Positions 29,346 to 37,647 of a DNA stretch of 64,000 bases are shown piece after piece. Where the stretch lies: NCBI GenBank assembly GCA_963767925.1, contig CAVYGB010000003.1:19734-83733 (forward strand). The letters run 5' to 3'. The first letter of the stretch is position 1. Each line of letters starts with the position of its first letter. The stretch comes from an uncultured delta proteobacterium (GTDB taxonomy: Bacteria; Myxococcota_A; Polyangia; Fen-1088). The notes below the pieces were generated by a model, which was not told the origin of the DNA, made no database searches, and saw only the letters and a program-made list of their open reading frames with translations. The translations under genes and the position numbers were made by a program.

Positions 29346-29894
29346 TCACCGGGCGCCGGTGGTGGTGTCCTCCGGCGCGGGCGGGCCCTTGTGGCCCCGG
29401 CGGCCGTGTTTGCCCTGCATCTTGCCGCGCATCTCCTGCAGCTTGGTCCGCTGCTCGGCGGTCAAGATGCCGTCGATCTGGGTGCGCAGGGCCTCGCGCC
29501 GGGCGTGCAGGGCCTTGTGCGCGGCTGCGAGCTGCTCGGTGTTGCCCTTGCCGGCGCGTTCGGCGTCGCGCTGGTCCCGGACCGTCTGGAACAGCTTCTC
29601 CATCTCCGGGCGGGCCGCTTGCTCGGCGCCTCTTATCGCCTCGAGCTGCTGGGCGGTGATGCCCAGCTCGGCGCCGTGGCGCGAGAGCCGCTCGGCGAAC
29701 GAGCCATGAAGGCCCCGGCGATGGCCCCACCGTGGTCCCTTCTGCTCGCCGGGCGCGGCATTGTCTGCCTGGCCCGGCGGCCGGCCCGGCCCGGCCTTGC
29801 CCGGCTGGCCCGGGCTGTCGGCAACCGCGAAGGCCGCCACCGAGGCGCCCGCCAGCAGGCCGACGAGCAACAGGGGTTTCGTGAGCTTCTTCAT
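29346..29894 (-). CDS. Spy/CpxP family periplasmic protein
   Basis: Signal peptide, LGITAQQ and ILTAEQR (LTxxQ) motifs, AGGAG RBS. Confidence 0.8.
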   Translation of the reverse strand: MKKLTKPLLLVGLLAGASVAAFAVADSPGQPGKAGPGRPPGQADNAAPGEQKGPRWGHRRGLHGSFAERLSRHGAELGITAQQLEAIRGAEQAARPEMEKLFQTVRDQRDAERAGKGNTEQLAAAHKALHARREALRTQIDGILTAEQRTKLQEMRGKMQGKHGRRGHKGPPAPEDTTTGAR

Positions 29895-29947
29895 CTGGTC
29901 TTTCTCCTTTTTCCAGGGCGGCGGCTGCCGCCCTCGCTCCCTGTCAC

Positions 29948-29963
29948 AGCAGGACCGATGCCA
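29948..29963 (-). promoter_or_regulatory. Sigma-54 promoter
   Basis: Minus strand TGGCATCGGTCCTGCT = GG-N10-GC, ~55 nt upstream of the Spy/CpxP gene. Confidence 0.55.
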
Positions 29964-30097
29964 GCCCGCGAGGCCCTGGAAATGGCGCTTTTCCGGCCAC
30001 GACGCACCCCGGGCTGCGGGTTGCGCATGGGGGGCTGCGGATCCCGCGCACAAACAACCCGATACAGCCGCCGGCGGGCTCGGTATTGTCGGCCCCC

Positions 30098-31411
30098 GTG
30101 AGCGAGCTGCGGCGATCCTTCGGGCTGTTCGACGCCACCATGGTGAACGTCGGCGTGATGGTCGGGTCGGCGGTGTTCCTCACGGCGGGGGACGTCGCCC
30201 GGGCCTTGCCCCATCCGCTGTTGCAGCTCGGGGTCTGGCTGGTGGCTGCCGTGTTCTCGCTGGCCGGCGCGCTCACCATCGCCGAGCTGGGGGCGTCCCT
30301 GCCCCAGGCGGGTGGGCTGACGGTCTACCTGCGCGAGGCCTTCGGTCCGCCCTGGGGCTTCCTGTACGGCTGGGCGCTGTTCACGGTGATCCAGACGGCC
30401 GCCATCGCCGCGGTGGGGGTCGCCTTCGCCACCTACTGCCGCCACTTCTTCGACCTGTCGCCGCTGGGCGTGCAGCTCCTGGCGGCGGCCATCGTGGCGG
30501 TGCTGAGCGGGCTCAACGCCCTCGGCGTGCGCGAGGGGGTCGTCACCCAGAACCTGTTCACGGTGGCCAAGCTGGCGGTGATGGTCGGGCTGGTGGCGGT
30601 CGCCTTCGGCGGCAGCGGCGGGAGCTGGTCCAACCTGGCGGCGCCCGCGGCCGGCGCGATCCAGCCGATCACCCTGGCCGGCCTGGGCGCGGCCCTCATC
30701 GGCCCGCTGTTCGCGTTCGACGGCTGGATCACCACCAGCTACATCGGCGGCGAGGTGAAGCGCCCGGCGCGCACCTTGCCGCTGGCGGCGCTCGCCTCGG
30801 TCGCCATCGTGGCGGCGCTCTACCTCGCGCTCAACGCCGCCTACCTCTACGTGCTCGGTCCCGGCGAGGTGGCCCGCGCCCCGCTGGTGGCGGCGCAGAC
30901 CGCGCAGGTGCTCCTGGGGCCGCGCGGGGCGGACCTGGCGGCGTTGATGGTGGTCATCGCCACCTTCGGGGCGCTCAACGGCAACATCCTGGCCGGGGCC
31001 CGCGTGCTCTACGCCCTGGCGGCGGCCGGGCTGTTCTGGCGGCGGGTCGAGCGCATCCACCCGCGCTTCGGCACCCCCGCGGCAGCCCTGGCGGCGCAGG
31101 GGCTGGTCTCGGTGGCGCTGGTCTTCACCGGGCGGTTCGACCAGCTCCTGGCGAGCTGCCTGTTCGCCTCCTGGCTGTTCTACGCCCTCGGGGGCGTGGC
31201 GGTCTTCGTGCTGCGCCGCCGGACCGACCTGCCGCGCCCCTACCGCGTGTGGGGCTACCCGGTCGTGCCGGCCCTGTTCGTGGCCTTCGCGCTGCTGCTG
31301 CTGGCGGCGACCATCGCCGCCGCCCCCCGCGACGCCGCCATCGGCACCGCCCTCCTGCTGACCGGCGTCCCCGCCTACTTCCTCTTCAAACGCGCCCGCC
31401 GCCTTCGCTAG
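30098..31411 (+). CDS. APC family amino acid permease
   Basis: GVMVGSAVF, AELG..LPQAGG, FAFDGW..GGEVKRP, RPYRVWGYP. Confidence 0.9.
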   Translation: MSELRRSFGLFDATMVNVGVMVGSAVFLTAGDVARALPHPLLQLGVWLVAAVFSLAGALTIAELGASLPQAGGLTVYLREAFGPPWGFLYGWALFTVIQTAAIAAVGVAFATYCRHFFDLSPLGVQLLAAAIVAVLSGLNALGVREGVVTQNLFTVAKLAVMVGLVAVAFGGSGGSWSNLAAPAAGAIQPITLAGLGAALIGPLFAFDGWITTSYIGGEVKRPARTLPLAALASVAIVAALYLALNAAYLYVLGPGEVARAPLVAAQTAQVLLGPRGADLAALMVVIATFGALNGNILAGARVLYALAAAGLFWRRVERIHPRFGTPAAALAAQGLVSVALVFTGRFDQLLASCLFASWLFYALGGVAVFVLRRRTDLPRPYRVWGYPVVPALFVAFALLLLAATIAAAPRDAAIGTALLLTGVPAYFLFKRARRLR

Positions 31412-31601
31412 CCGCGGGCCGACCGTGCGCTGGCCGCGGACTCTGCTTCAGTCGAGCAAGAACCCGCTGTCTGTTTACCCTCTCCCCACGGCAGAGCACG
31501 GGGAGAGGTGGTGGCCGGGCGCCCGACTGAACTTAGAGCCAGCCGCTGAAACCTGTGGAGAATTTGCCCGATGGGCGAAACGAGGTATCGAGGCCGGGAC
31601 G

Positions 31602-31786
31602 CGTGCTCGTGGGCGTGTTCGAGCTCGTGGGCGTGTTCGAGCGCGTGTTCGTGTTCGAGTTCGTGTGGGGCGAGCGTTGAGCGGCCAGGCGGCTCTCGGT
31701 GCGCGTAAATCACGCGAGCCGAGGCCCGCGGGCCGAACACGCTCACCACACACGGACACGAACTCGCACACGAGCACGACCACGAC
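31602..31786. repeat. Inverted low-complexity hexamer repeats (CGTG(T/C)T / GAGCAC-like)
   Basis: Arm 31602-31666 cgtgctcgtgggcgtgttcgag... is complementary to arm 31747-31786 cacggacacgaactcgcacacgagcacgac. Confidence 0.6.
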
Positions 31787-31800
31787 AGCCGCGGCAGTCA

Positions 31801-32130
31801 TCAGGGTTGGTGGCGGTGCATGCCGGCGAGCCGAGTGAGCATCGCGCACAGCCGGTCGAGCAGAGACATCACCGCTTCGATCTCGGTATCGGGAGCAAGT
31901 CCCAGGATTGCAACCGCCTCCAAGGCGGCTGCCGCCTCGGACGCTTCGCCTCTGGCGGTGCGGAACCGTGAGATCCTGTCGGCGCCCGTTCGGCTGGATG
32001 CCTCGGCGATGCCCAGGTATGCCGACAACAGCGCGCGCCGAAGCTGGTCCTGCAACGTCGCATACCCGCGTGGCATTCTCCGCGCAAGAGCGTCGCCCAA
32101 GCGTAGAGCATCGCGGGCCACGCAACGCAA
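31801..32130 (-). CDS. Four-helix-bundle protein (23S rRNA IVS-protein-like family), N-terminus possibly eroded
   Basis: LQDQLRRA..S..L.IAE....RF..ARGEASE..A.L ... AMLTRL; only a TTG start. Confidence 0.75.
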   Translation of the reverse strand: MRCVARDALRLGDALARRMPRGYATLQDQLRRALLSAYLGIAEASSRTGADRISRFRTARGEASEAAAALEAVAILGLAPDTEIEAVMSLLDRLCAMLTRLAGMHRHQP

Positions 32131-32227
32131 AGCCGAGAATTACTTAGCCTTCGTTCGGCTCGCCTGTGCGCTGATTGCTTTCAACGCTGCCTCTCGTGCG
32201 TAATTCACAGGTTTCAGCGGCTCGCTC

Positions 32228-32710
32228 CTAGCTGCGGATGTTGCTGACGGCCGACTTGGCGGTGTCGTGGGCGGATTTGAGGACGTTGCTGAGGGTGGTG
32301 AAGCGGCGGTTCTCGTCCTGGACGTTCTGCTGCAGGTTGAGGAGCTGGAGGTTGAAGCTCTGGCTCTCGCGCTGCATGGCGAACATCTGCGACATCTCGC
32401 CGTTCTTGCTGGTGGCGCCCGCGGCACCGCCGGCCGCACCGCCGAGGCCACCCGCGGCACCCCCCCCACCGCCGCCGCCACCTCCACCGCCGCCGCTGAC
32501 GGCGCCGAGGAGCTGACCGCCCGCCTCGCGGACCGCGGCGGCCAGGACCGGCCCACCGACGAGGCCGGTCACGACCTCGGCGCCGGTCAGCAGGACGTTG
32601 GCCCCGCTCGACAGCACCTGGCTGAACGGCGTGGCTGGTGGAGCCGCGGTCTGGCGCTGTGTGGTCTGGGCGACCTGAACCGACGTTGTCGCGGGGTCGA
32701 TCTTGGACAT
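32228..32710 (-). CDS. Small Gly-rich protein with T3SS needle/filament-like C-terminus (paralog B)
   Basis: AGGAGG RBS; MSKIDPATT...; last 56 aa identical to paralog A. Confidence 0.7.
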   Translation of the reverse strand: MSKIDPATTSVQVAQTTQRQTAAPPATPFSQVLSSGANVLLTGAEVVTGLVGGPVLAAAVREAGGQLLGAVSGGGGGGGGGGGGAAGGLGGAAGGAAGATSKNGEMSQMFAMQRESQSFNLQLLNLQQNVQDENRRFTTLSNVLKSAHDTAKSAVSNIRS

Positions 32711-32733
32711 CCGAATGCCTCCTGGCCTGGTTG

Positions 32734-32757
32734 TCGGTCGGGCCGTGGAAGAGTTGC
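32734..32757 (-). promoter_or_regulatory. GCAAC-N15-CCGA putative promoter
   Basis: Minus strand gcaac tcttccacggcccga ccga, 10 nt before AGGAGG. Confidence 0.55.
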
Positions 32758-32827
32758 TTCGACGACGCGGTATTCCGATCGCGCGTTGCGCTGTCATTTT
32801 ATAGAGCGCCCGGGGGAGGCCCGGCAA

Positions 32828-32851
32828 GCAACTTCTGGCCGTCGAGGCCGA
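32828..32851 (+). promoter_or_regulatory. GCAAC-N15-CCGA putative promoter (divergent)
   Basis: gcaac ttctggccgtcgagg ccga, 12 nt upstream of ATG 32864. Confidence 0.45.
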
Positions 32852-32863
32852 GACCCAGCCATC

Positions 32864-33283
32864 ATGCCGCGCCCGCCCCGCCTGCCCCGCCTGCCCCGCC
32901 TGCCCCGCCTGCCCCGCTGGATCCATACCCTCGGCTTGCCCCTGGGCCTCCTGCTCGCGAGCAGCGCGCTGCTGCCCGCGGCCGCCCGGGCCGACGCCGC
33001 CCTGGACCTGGTCCGCAGCGTCGCCGCGGAGTCGGTCGTCGCCTCGCCCTCGCCCCGAGCGCGCCGCCGCCAGCCGCTCCGGACCGCCCGCGCGAAGCGG
33101 ATCCGCCCTCCCGCGCGCTACGCCCCGAAAGCCGGCCTCGAGCTGACCGCGGCCCAGCGGGGCAGCGGCCGGGTCGACGTCTTGCGGGTGACCGACGCCC
33201 CCTCCGCCGGCGCGGGCGCCACGCCGGCGGTCGAGCGCAAGGGCGGCTTCGGATCGGGCCTGGTAGCGGTTCGCACGCGTTGA
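32864..33283 (+). CDS. Small exported hypothetical protein with N-terminal (PRL)n 9-bp repeat
   Basis: MPRPPRLPRLPRLPRLPRW then hydrophobic signal ending ARA-D. Confidence 0.5.
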   Translation: MPRPPRLPRLPRLPRLPRWIHTLGLPLGLLLASSALLPAAARADAALDLVRSVAAESVVASPSPRARRRQPLRTARAKRIRPPARYAPKAGLELTAAQRGSGRVDVLRVTDAPSAGAGATPAVERKGGFGSGLVAVRTR

Positions 33284-33330
33284 CCCCGCCGTCCGTGGCG
33301 GAGACGCGGTCCGTGCGACAAGCTGGCCGC

Positions 33331-33777
33331 ATGCCGTCCCCGCAGCCCGCCGACCGAGACCGCGCCCTTGTCGCCGCCGAGAAGATCGCGCGGCTCATGG
33401 ACGGGTTCCACCTCGACCCGCTGCTGGGCCTGTTCGTGCCCTGGGCGGGCGACGTCATCGGCGGTGGCCTCGGCCTCTACCCGGTGTACCTGGCCTGGAA
33501 GCGGGGCGCGCCGAAGGCGCTGCTCGCCCGCATGTTGCTCAACCTCAGCGTCGATCTCCTGGCCGGCGCGATCCCGGTGCTCGGCGACGTCTGGGACTTC
33601 TTCTTCCGGGCCCACCGCCGCAACCTGACCCTGCTGCGCTCGCGCTGGCAAGACGGGGCCATCCGCTCCCGCCCGCGCGACGGCCTCGTCGTGACCGCCG
33701 CGCTGCTGGTCTTCCTGCTGGCCCTGGCCACCCCCATCGTCCTGCTGGTGCTCGCCATCGGCGCCATCGGGCTGTGA
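33331..33777 (+). CDS. DUF4112 family membrane protein
   Basis: ARLMD...LDPLLGLFVPWAGD, RMLLN, GAIPVLGDVWDFFFRAHRRN. Confidence 0.85.
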   Translation: MPSPQPADRDRALVAAEKIARLMDGFHLDPLLGLFVPWAGDVIGGGLGLYPVYLAWKRGAPKALLARMLLNLSVDLLAGAIPVLGDVWDFFFRAHRRNLTLLRSRWQDGAIRSRPRDGLVVTAALLVFLLALATPIVLLVLAIGAIGL

Positions 33778-33830
33778 CCGCGTAGCGGACGCTTTCGCGG
33801 ACGCCGCGCCAGACGCCCACAACGGACGCT

Positions 33831-34628
33831 TCAACGGACGCTCTTACTATCCTGGCGGTCGGCGGCGAGGACCTCTTCCAGCTCGAGCTGGGCGTTGGCG
33901 TAGGCGGCGGCGCCGTACATGTCCGGGAACAGCTGGCGGTGGTCGATGCCGTGCAGGTCGAGGTCGCGCAGCGCTTCGGGGATCACGTGGTTGGACACCT
34001 CGGCCAGGGTGAGCAGATCGCCTCGGCCGGTGTCGTCGAGCAGCGAGCCGAGATCGAAGTGCGACTCCGAGCGGATCCAGGTGAACAGCCCCCGCTGCTG
34101 CTGCATGCGCCCCAGCTCGTCGATGGGCGTGCGCACCAGCTCGAGGGTCTCGTCTTCCAGCCGGTCGGTCCGGGCCAGCCGGTACATCGCGAAGCAGTCG
34201 GCCGTGGCCCGGACATCGGGCTCCCGCTCGATCTGGGGAGCCGGTCCGCGGAGGGCGAAGAAGAGGGCCACGAACGGTTTTTCCGTCCAGTCGAGCAGGG
34301 GCGTGCTCAGCCCGTGGTGCCGGCCCAGAGCCCACCACTGGTCCTCGGTGAGATCTTTGGGGGAGGCCCCCCGCAGGCCGCTCGCCGCCGACCGGAACCG
34401 ATCCAGGTGGGCCTTCATCAGCACGCGCAGCCGCCGATCGCCGGTCCCCCGCGGCAAGCGCCCCGGCGCGCAGCCCCCGGTCAAGGCCAGCACGTGCCGC
34501 TCGAGCGAGGAGACGAGCGGCCAGCCGGGATCGCGTTGCCCCCGCCAGAAGTAGGTCGCCCCTCCCTCGGGAGGCTCTTCGAGGAGCTCCCGGAACTCCG
34601 CCCAGCCATCGAACCGCCGCCGCTGCAT
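33831..34628 (-). CDS. FRG domain protein
   Basis: YFWRGQ..W.L.SSL.R, GRHHGLSTPLLDWTEKPFVALFFA, RMQQQRGLFT, LFPD. Confidence 0.88.
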   Translation of the reverse strand: MQRRRFDGWAEFRELLEEPPEGGATYFWRGQRDPGWPLVSSLERHVLALTGGCAPGRLPRGTGDRRLRVLMKAHLDRFRSAASGLRGASPKDLTEDQWWALGRHHGLSTPLLDWTEKPFVALFFALRGPAPQIEREPDVRATADCFAMYRLARTDRLEDETLELVRTPIDELGRMQQQRGLFTWIRSESHFDLGSLLDDTGRGDLLTLAEVSNHVIPEALRDLDLHGIDHRQLFPDMYGAAAYANAQLELEEVLAADRQDSKSVR

Positions 34629-34643
34629 GCCTCCCCGTCGAGC

Positions 34644-35189
34644 TCAGTAGGTGATCGTCGCGGCGAAGCTCATGCCCACGTCGGCGCTCCAGGCCACGGT
34701 GGGGAGCTCCCCGGTGATGTGCAGCGTGAACAGCAGGGACGCGTCCTTCCACAGCTCGGTCACGTCGACGGGCGGATCGGTGGTCAGGGTCAAGGTCGCG
34801 CCCACCTCGGCGTCGTCCGACCGCTCGTAGGCCGCCACCTCGATCGGCGCCTCCCGGGCCGCCTCGGCCTTGGGCGAGGTGGCGGTGATCCGCAGCCGGC
34901 GCAGGAACGACAGGTCGTCGAGCCCGCCGGTGGTGGCGATCTGGACGCCGAGGACGCGGACCTTCGAGAAGCTCGCCCCCTGCAGCCCCACCCGGGCCGG
35001 CTGCTGCCGGAAGCTCACCGCCAGCGACACCTCGTTGCCGTCGGCCTCGGCCGGCGCGGCAGGGATGGCGAGGTCCCGCTCGGTCACCTCCACCTCGGGC
35101 AGCTCCCCTTCCGCCGACAGCGCACAGCCGGCCAGCAGCGCCAGCCCCAGCAGGGCCGGCGCCCGCGGTTTCTGCCTCGGTCGCGCCAT
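34644..35189 (-). CDS. Hypothetical lipoprotein
   Basis: Lipobox LLAGC; directly downstream of the barrel-like gene. Confidence 0.65.
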   Translation of the reverse strand: MARPRQKPRAPALLGLALLAGCALSAEGELPEVEVTERDLAIPAAPAEADGNEVSLAVSFRQQPARVGLQGASFSKVRVLGVQIATTGGLDDLSFLRRLRITATSPKAEAAREAPIEVAAYERSDDAEVGATLTLTTDPPVDVTELWKDASLLFTLHITGELPTVAWSADVGMSFAATITY

Positions 35190-35200
35190 GTTCGCGCGCT

Positions 35201-35839
35201 TCATTGCAGGTAGACCACCAGGCCGACCTTCGCCGAGGGGACCAGCAGGCGCAGGTGGGGGTCCTGCTTGAAGGTGACGGTGGTGCGCCCGGGGCGGGCG
35301 GGGTTGACCTCGGTCGGCGCCGAGACCTGGTGCAACGTCGACCGCAGGTAGGTGAACCCGCCGTGCACGAAGAAGGTGGCGCTGCGGGTGCCGAGCTCGA
35401 TCCCGGCGTGGGCGTTGAAGAACGTGTAGCTGAAGCGCCGGACATACGAGCCGAAGTCGCCCAGGCCGGCGAACAGCGAGCGCATGAGGGCGTTGGTCCC
35501 GCCCTCGCTGTAGTGGCCCACCTCCAGGTTCAGCGAGGGGCCCTCGCCGACCGGCAGGATGGTCAGTCCCCCGCGCAGGCCGGGGCTGATGGTGTTGCTG
35601 CCCGCCCCGACGTGCAGCCGGGTGTACGGCACCGGGCGGATCACCACCGAGCCGATCACCCCGTCGGGCAGGCCGGCGTCGATCATGAACCCGATGGGCG
35701 GCAGCCGGGGCTCCTCGTCGGGCGCGTCCTGCTCGAAGGGGGGCACCGACATCTCGGTCAAAGGCGCCGCCTGGGCGGCCGCGGGCGCGAACAGCCACGC
35801 CCCGATGCTCGCAAGGGTGGCGACACGTAGCGCGCCCAT
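35201..35839 (-). CDS. Putative outer-membrane beta-barrel protein
   Basis: Signal peptide, alternating beta-strand pattern, ends SAKVGLVVYLQ. Confidence 0.55.
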   Translation of the reverse strand: MGALRVATLASIGAWLFAPAAAQAAPLTEMSVPPFEQDAPDEEPRLPPIGFMIDAGLPDGVIGSVVIRPVPYTRLHVGAGSNTISPGLRGGLTILPVGEGPSLNLEVGHYSEGGTNALMRSLFAGLGDFGSYVRRFSYTFFNAHAGIELGTRSATFFVHGGFTYLRSTLHQVSAPTEVNPARPGRTTVTFKQDPHLRLLVPSAKVGLVVYLQ

Positions 35840-36008
35840 GGAAGGAAGGTAAGTCTGAACGTCTTTGCCGCTCACGCAAAGAATTCTCATTGATCTTCGC
35901 CCATTCGCTGTGCGTCGCCCCGGGGCTGCCGGCGCCGTGATCCGCCTTTCAGTGGGGCGCCCCTTCCGCCGATGACGAGGACGAACCCGAGCGCGTCGAG
36001 CTGGAACG

Positions 36009-37595
36009 GTGCCCGAAGCACGCCCACCCCTCAACAAACGCTGCCACGTCTGTGGATACCGCTACGAATCCACGGTGGTCGAGTGTCCATTTGATCACGT
36101 CACCCTGAGGTCCAGGCCCGGGGTCGAGCACCTCGGCCCCTACCGGCTCGTCGAGCGGCTGGCCACCGGGGGGATGGGCGCCGTCTACCGCGCCCTCCAC
36201 CAGAAGGTGGGCCGCGGGGTGGCGCTCAAGCTGCTGCACCAGTCCCTGCGCAACGAGGTGGTGGGCGTCAGCCGGTTCTTCCACGAGGCCCGCGCGGTCA
36301 ACAGCATCCGCCACCCCAACGTGGTCGAGGTCTACGACCTCTCGGGCGAGGGCGAAGACGTGTACATGGTGCTCGAGCTGCTCTCGGGCAACGACCTGCG
36401 CACCTTGCTGGGGCGCCAGACCGGCGGCTGCCTGCCCGCCAACCGGGTGGTCAACATCCTCGAGCAGGTCTGCGGCGCCCTGCAAGCCACCCACGCCCGC
36501 AAGATCGTGCACCGCGACCTCAAGCCCGAAAACGTCTTCCTCTGCACGCACACCGGGCGGCAGGACTTCGTCAAGCTGCTCGACTTCGGGGTGGCCAAGC
36601 TCGAGCGCCCCGAGGGCCGTTTGACCCGGGAGGGCATCGCCCTCGGGACGCCCGAATACATGGCCCCCGAGCAGGCGCGAGGCGCCGACGTCGACGGCCG
36701 CACCGACATCTATGCGGTCGGCTGCATCGCCTTCGAGATGTTGACCGGGCGGACCGTGTTCCAGGGGCCGGCCCCCGGCGACGTGATGATGAAACACGTG
36801 CGCACCCCGCCGCCGTCGCCGCGCGACCTGAACCCCCTGGTGCCGCCCGCGCTCGAGACGGTGGTGCTGCGCTGCCTGGCCAAGTCGCCCAGGTCCCGGC
36901 CCCAGACCGCCCTCGATCTGGCCCAGGAGCTGTGCGCGGCGGTGGGGGTGCCCTTCGATCAGACGGGCGCCTTCATCGGCTGGAAGGAGTGGGGGGACGT
37001 CGTCTCGGGCGTTGTCGAGATGCCCATGCTGGAGGTCAAGGCGCCGCGGCGCTCCCTCACCCAGACCCTGCACGAGATGGTGGCGAAGGTGCCCGGCCGG
37101 CGCCGCGCGCTGATCGCCGCCGGCGCGGCCGCCGCCCTCGGGGTGGGCGGCTGGCTGGCCCTGTCTTCGCGGGGTGGGGGCGCCATCGTGCAAGCCTCCG
37201 GAGTCGCCGCCGCCCAGGCCGCCCCCGAGCCGGTCGTGTCCGAGCTTGTCGTGCAGTCGAGTCCCCTGGCGGCCGAGGTGTTCGACGAGCAGGGCACCCG
37301 CCTCGGCGTCACGCCGCACCGCCTGAAGCTGGCCCCCGGCACCTCCCTGAAGGTGCGCCTGCAGCGGGCCGGCTACCTCCCGGCCGAGCGGGTTGTCAGC
37401 GCCGACTCTCCCGAACGGACCATCGTGGTTCCCCTCGATCCCCAGGATCCGCGCCCGCAGCAAGCCGACCCCCCGCCCGGTCAAGGTCCGCGACCGGGGT
37501 CGCAAGCCCCCTCCGCGGTAGCCGGGCCTGCGCGCAGCGGGGGGCCCCCGGCCACTTTCTGGCGCGAGCTCCGGCCGGGCGCAGCGGTGCACTAG
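36009..37595 (+). CDS. Hanks-type Ser/Thr protein kinase with TM and PEGA domain
   Basis: GGMGAVY, VALK, HRDLKPEN, DFG, GTPEYMAPE; PEGA SSP..AEV..LGVTP. Confidence 0.93.
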   Translation: MPEARPPLNKRCHVCGYRYESTVVECPFDHVTLRSRPGVEHLGPYRLVERLATGGMGAVYRALHQKVGRGVALKLLHQSLRNEVVGVSRFFHEARAVNSIRHPNVVEVYDLSGEGEDVYMVLELLSGNDLRTLLGRQTGGCLPANRVVNILEQVCGALQATHARKIVHRDLKPENVFLCTHTGRQDFVKLLDFGVAKLERPEGRLTREGIALGTPEYMAPEQARGADVDGRTDIYAVGCIAFEMLTGRTVFQGPAPGDVMMKHVRTPPPSPRDLNPLVPPALETVVLRCLAKSPRSRPQTALDLAQELCAAVGVPFDQTGAFIGWKEWGDVVSGVVEMPMLEVKAPRRSLTQTLHEMVAKVPGRRRALIAAGAAAALGVGGWLALSSRGGGAIVQASGVAAAQAAPEPVVSELVVQSSPLAAEVFDEQGTRLGVTPHRLKLAPGTSLKVRLQRAGYLPAERVVSADSPERTIVVPLDPQDPRPQQADPPPGQGPRPGSQAPSAVAGPARSGGPPATFWRELRPGAAVH

Positions 37596-37647
37596 ACCCG
37601 CCCGCGATGGGAGGGTATTACTCCCGGATCCTGACTGGGACGCGGAT

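Noticed and set aside
31408..31749. His/Glu-rich metal-binding ORF (HELEHEHALEH)
   Set aside because: Translation of one arm of the hexamer inverted repeat; no supporting start or codon bias.
31801..32130. DGR (Avd) or rRNA intervening sequence
   Set aside because: No reverse transcriptase, TR/VR pair or rRNA gene nearby.
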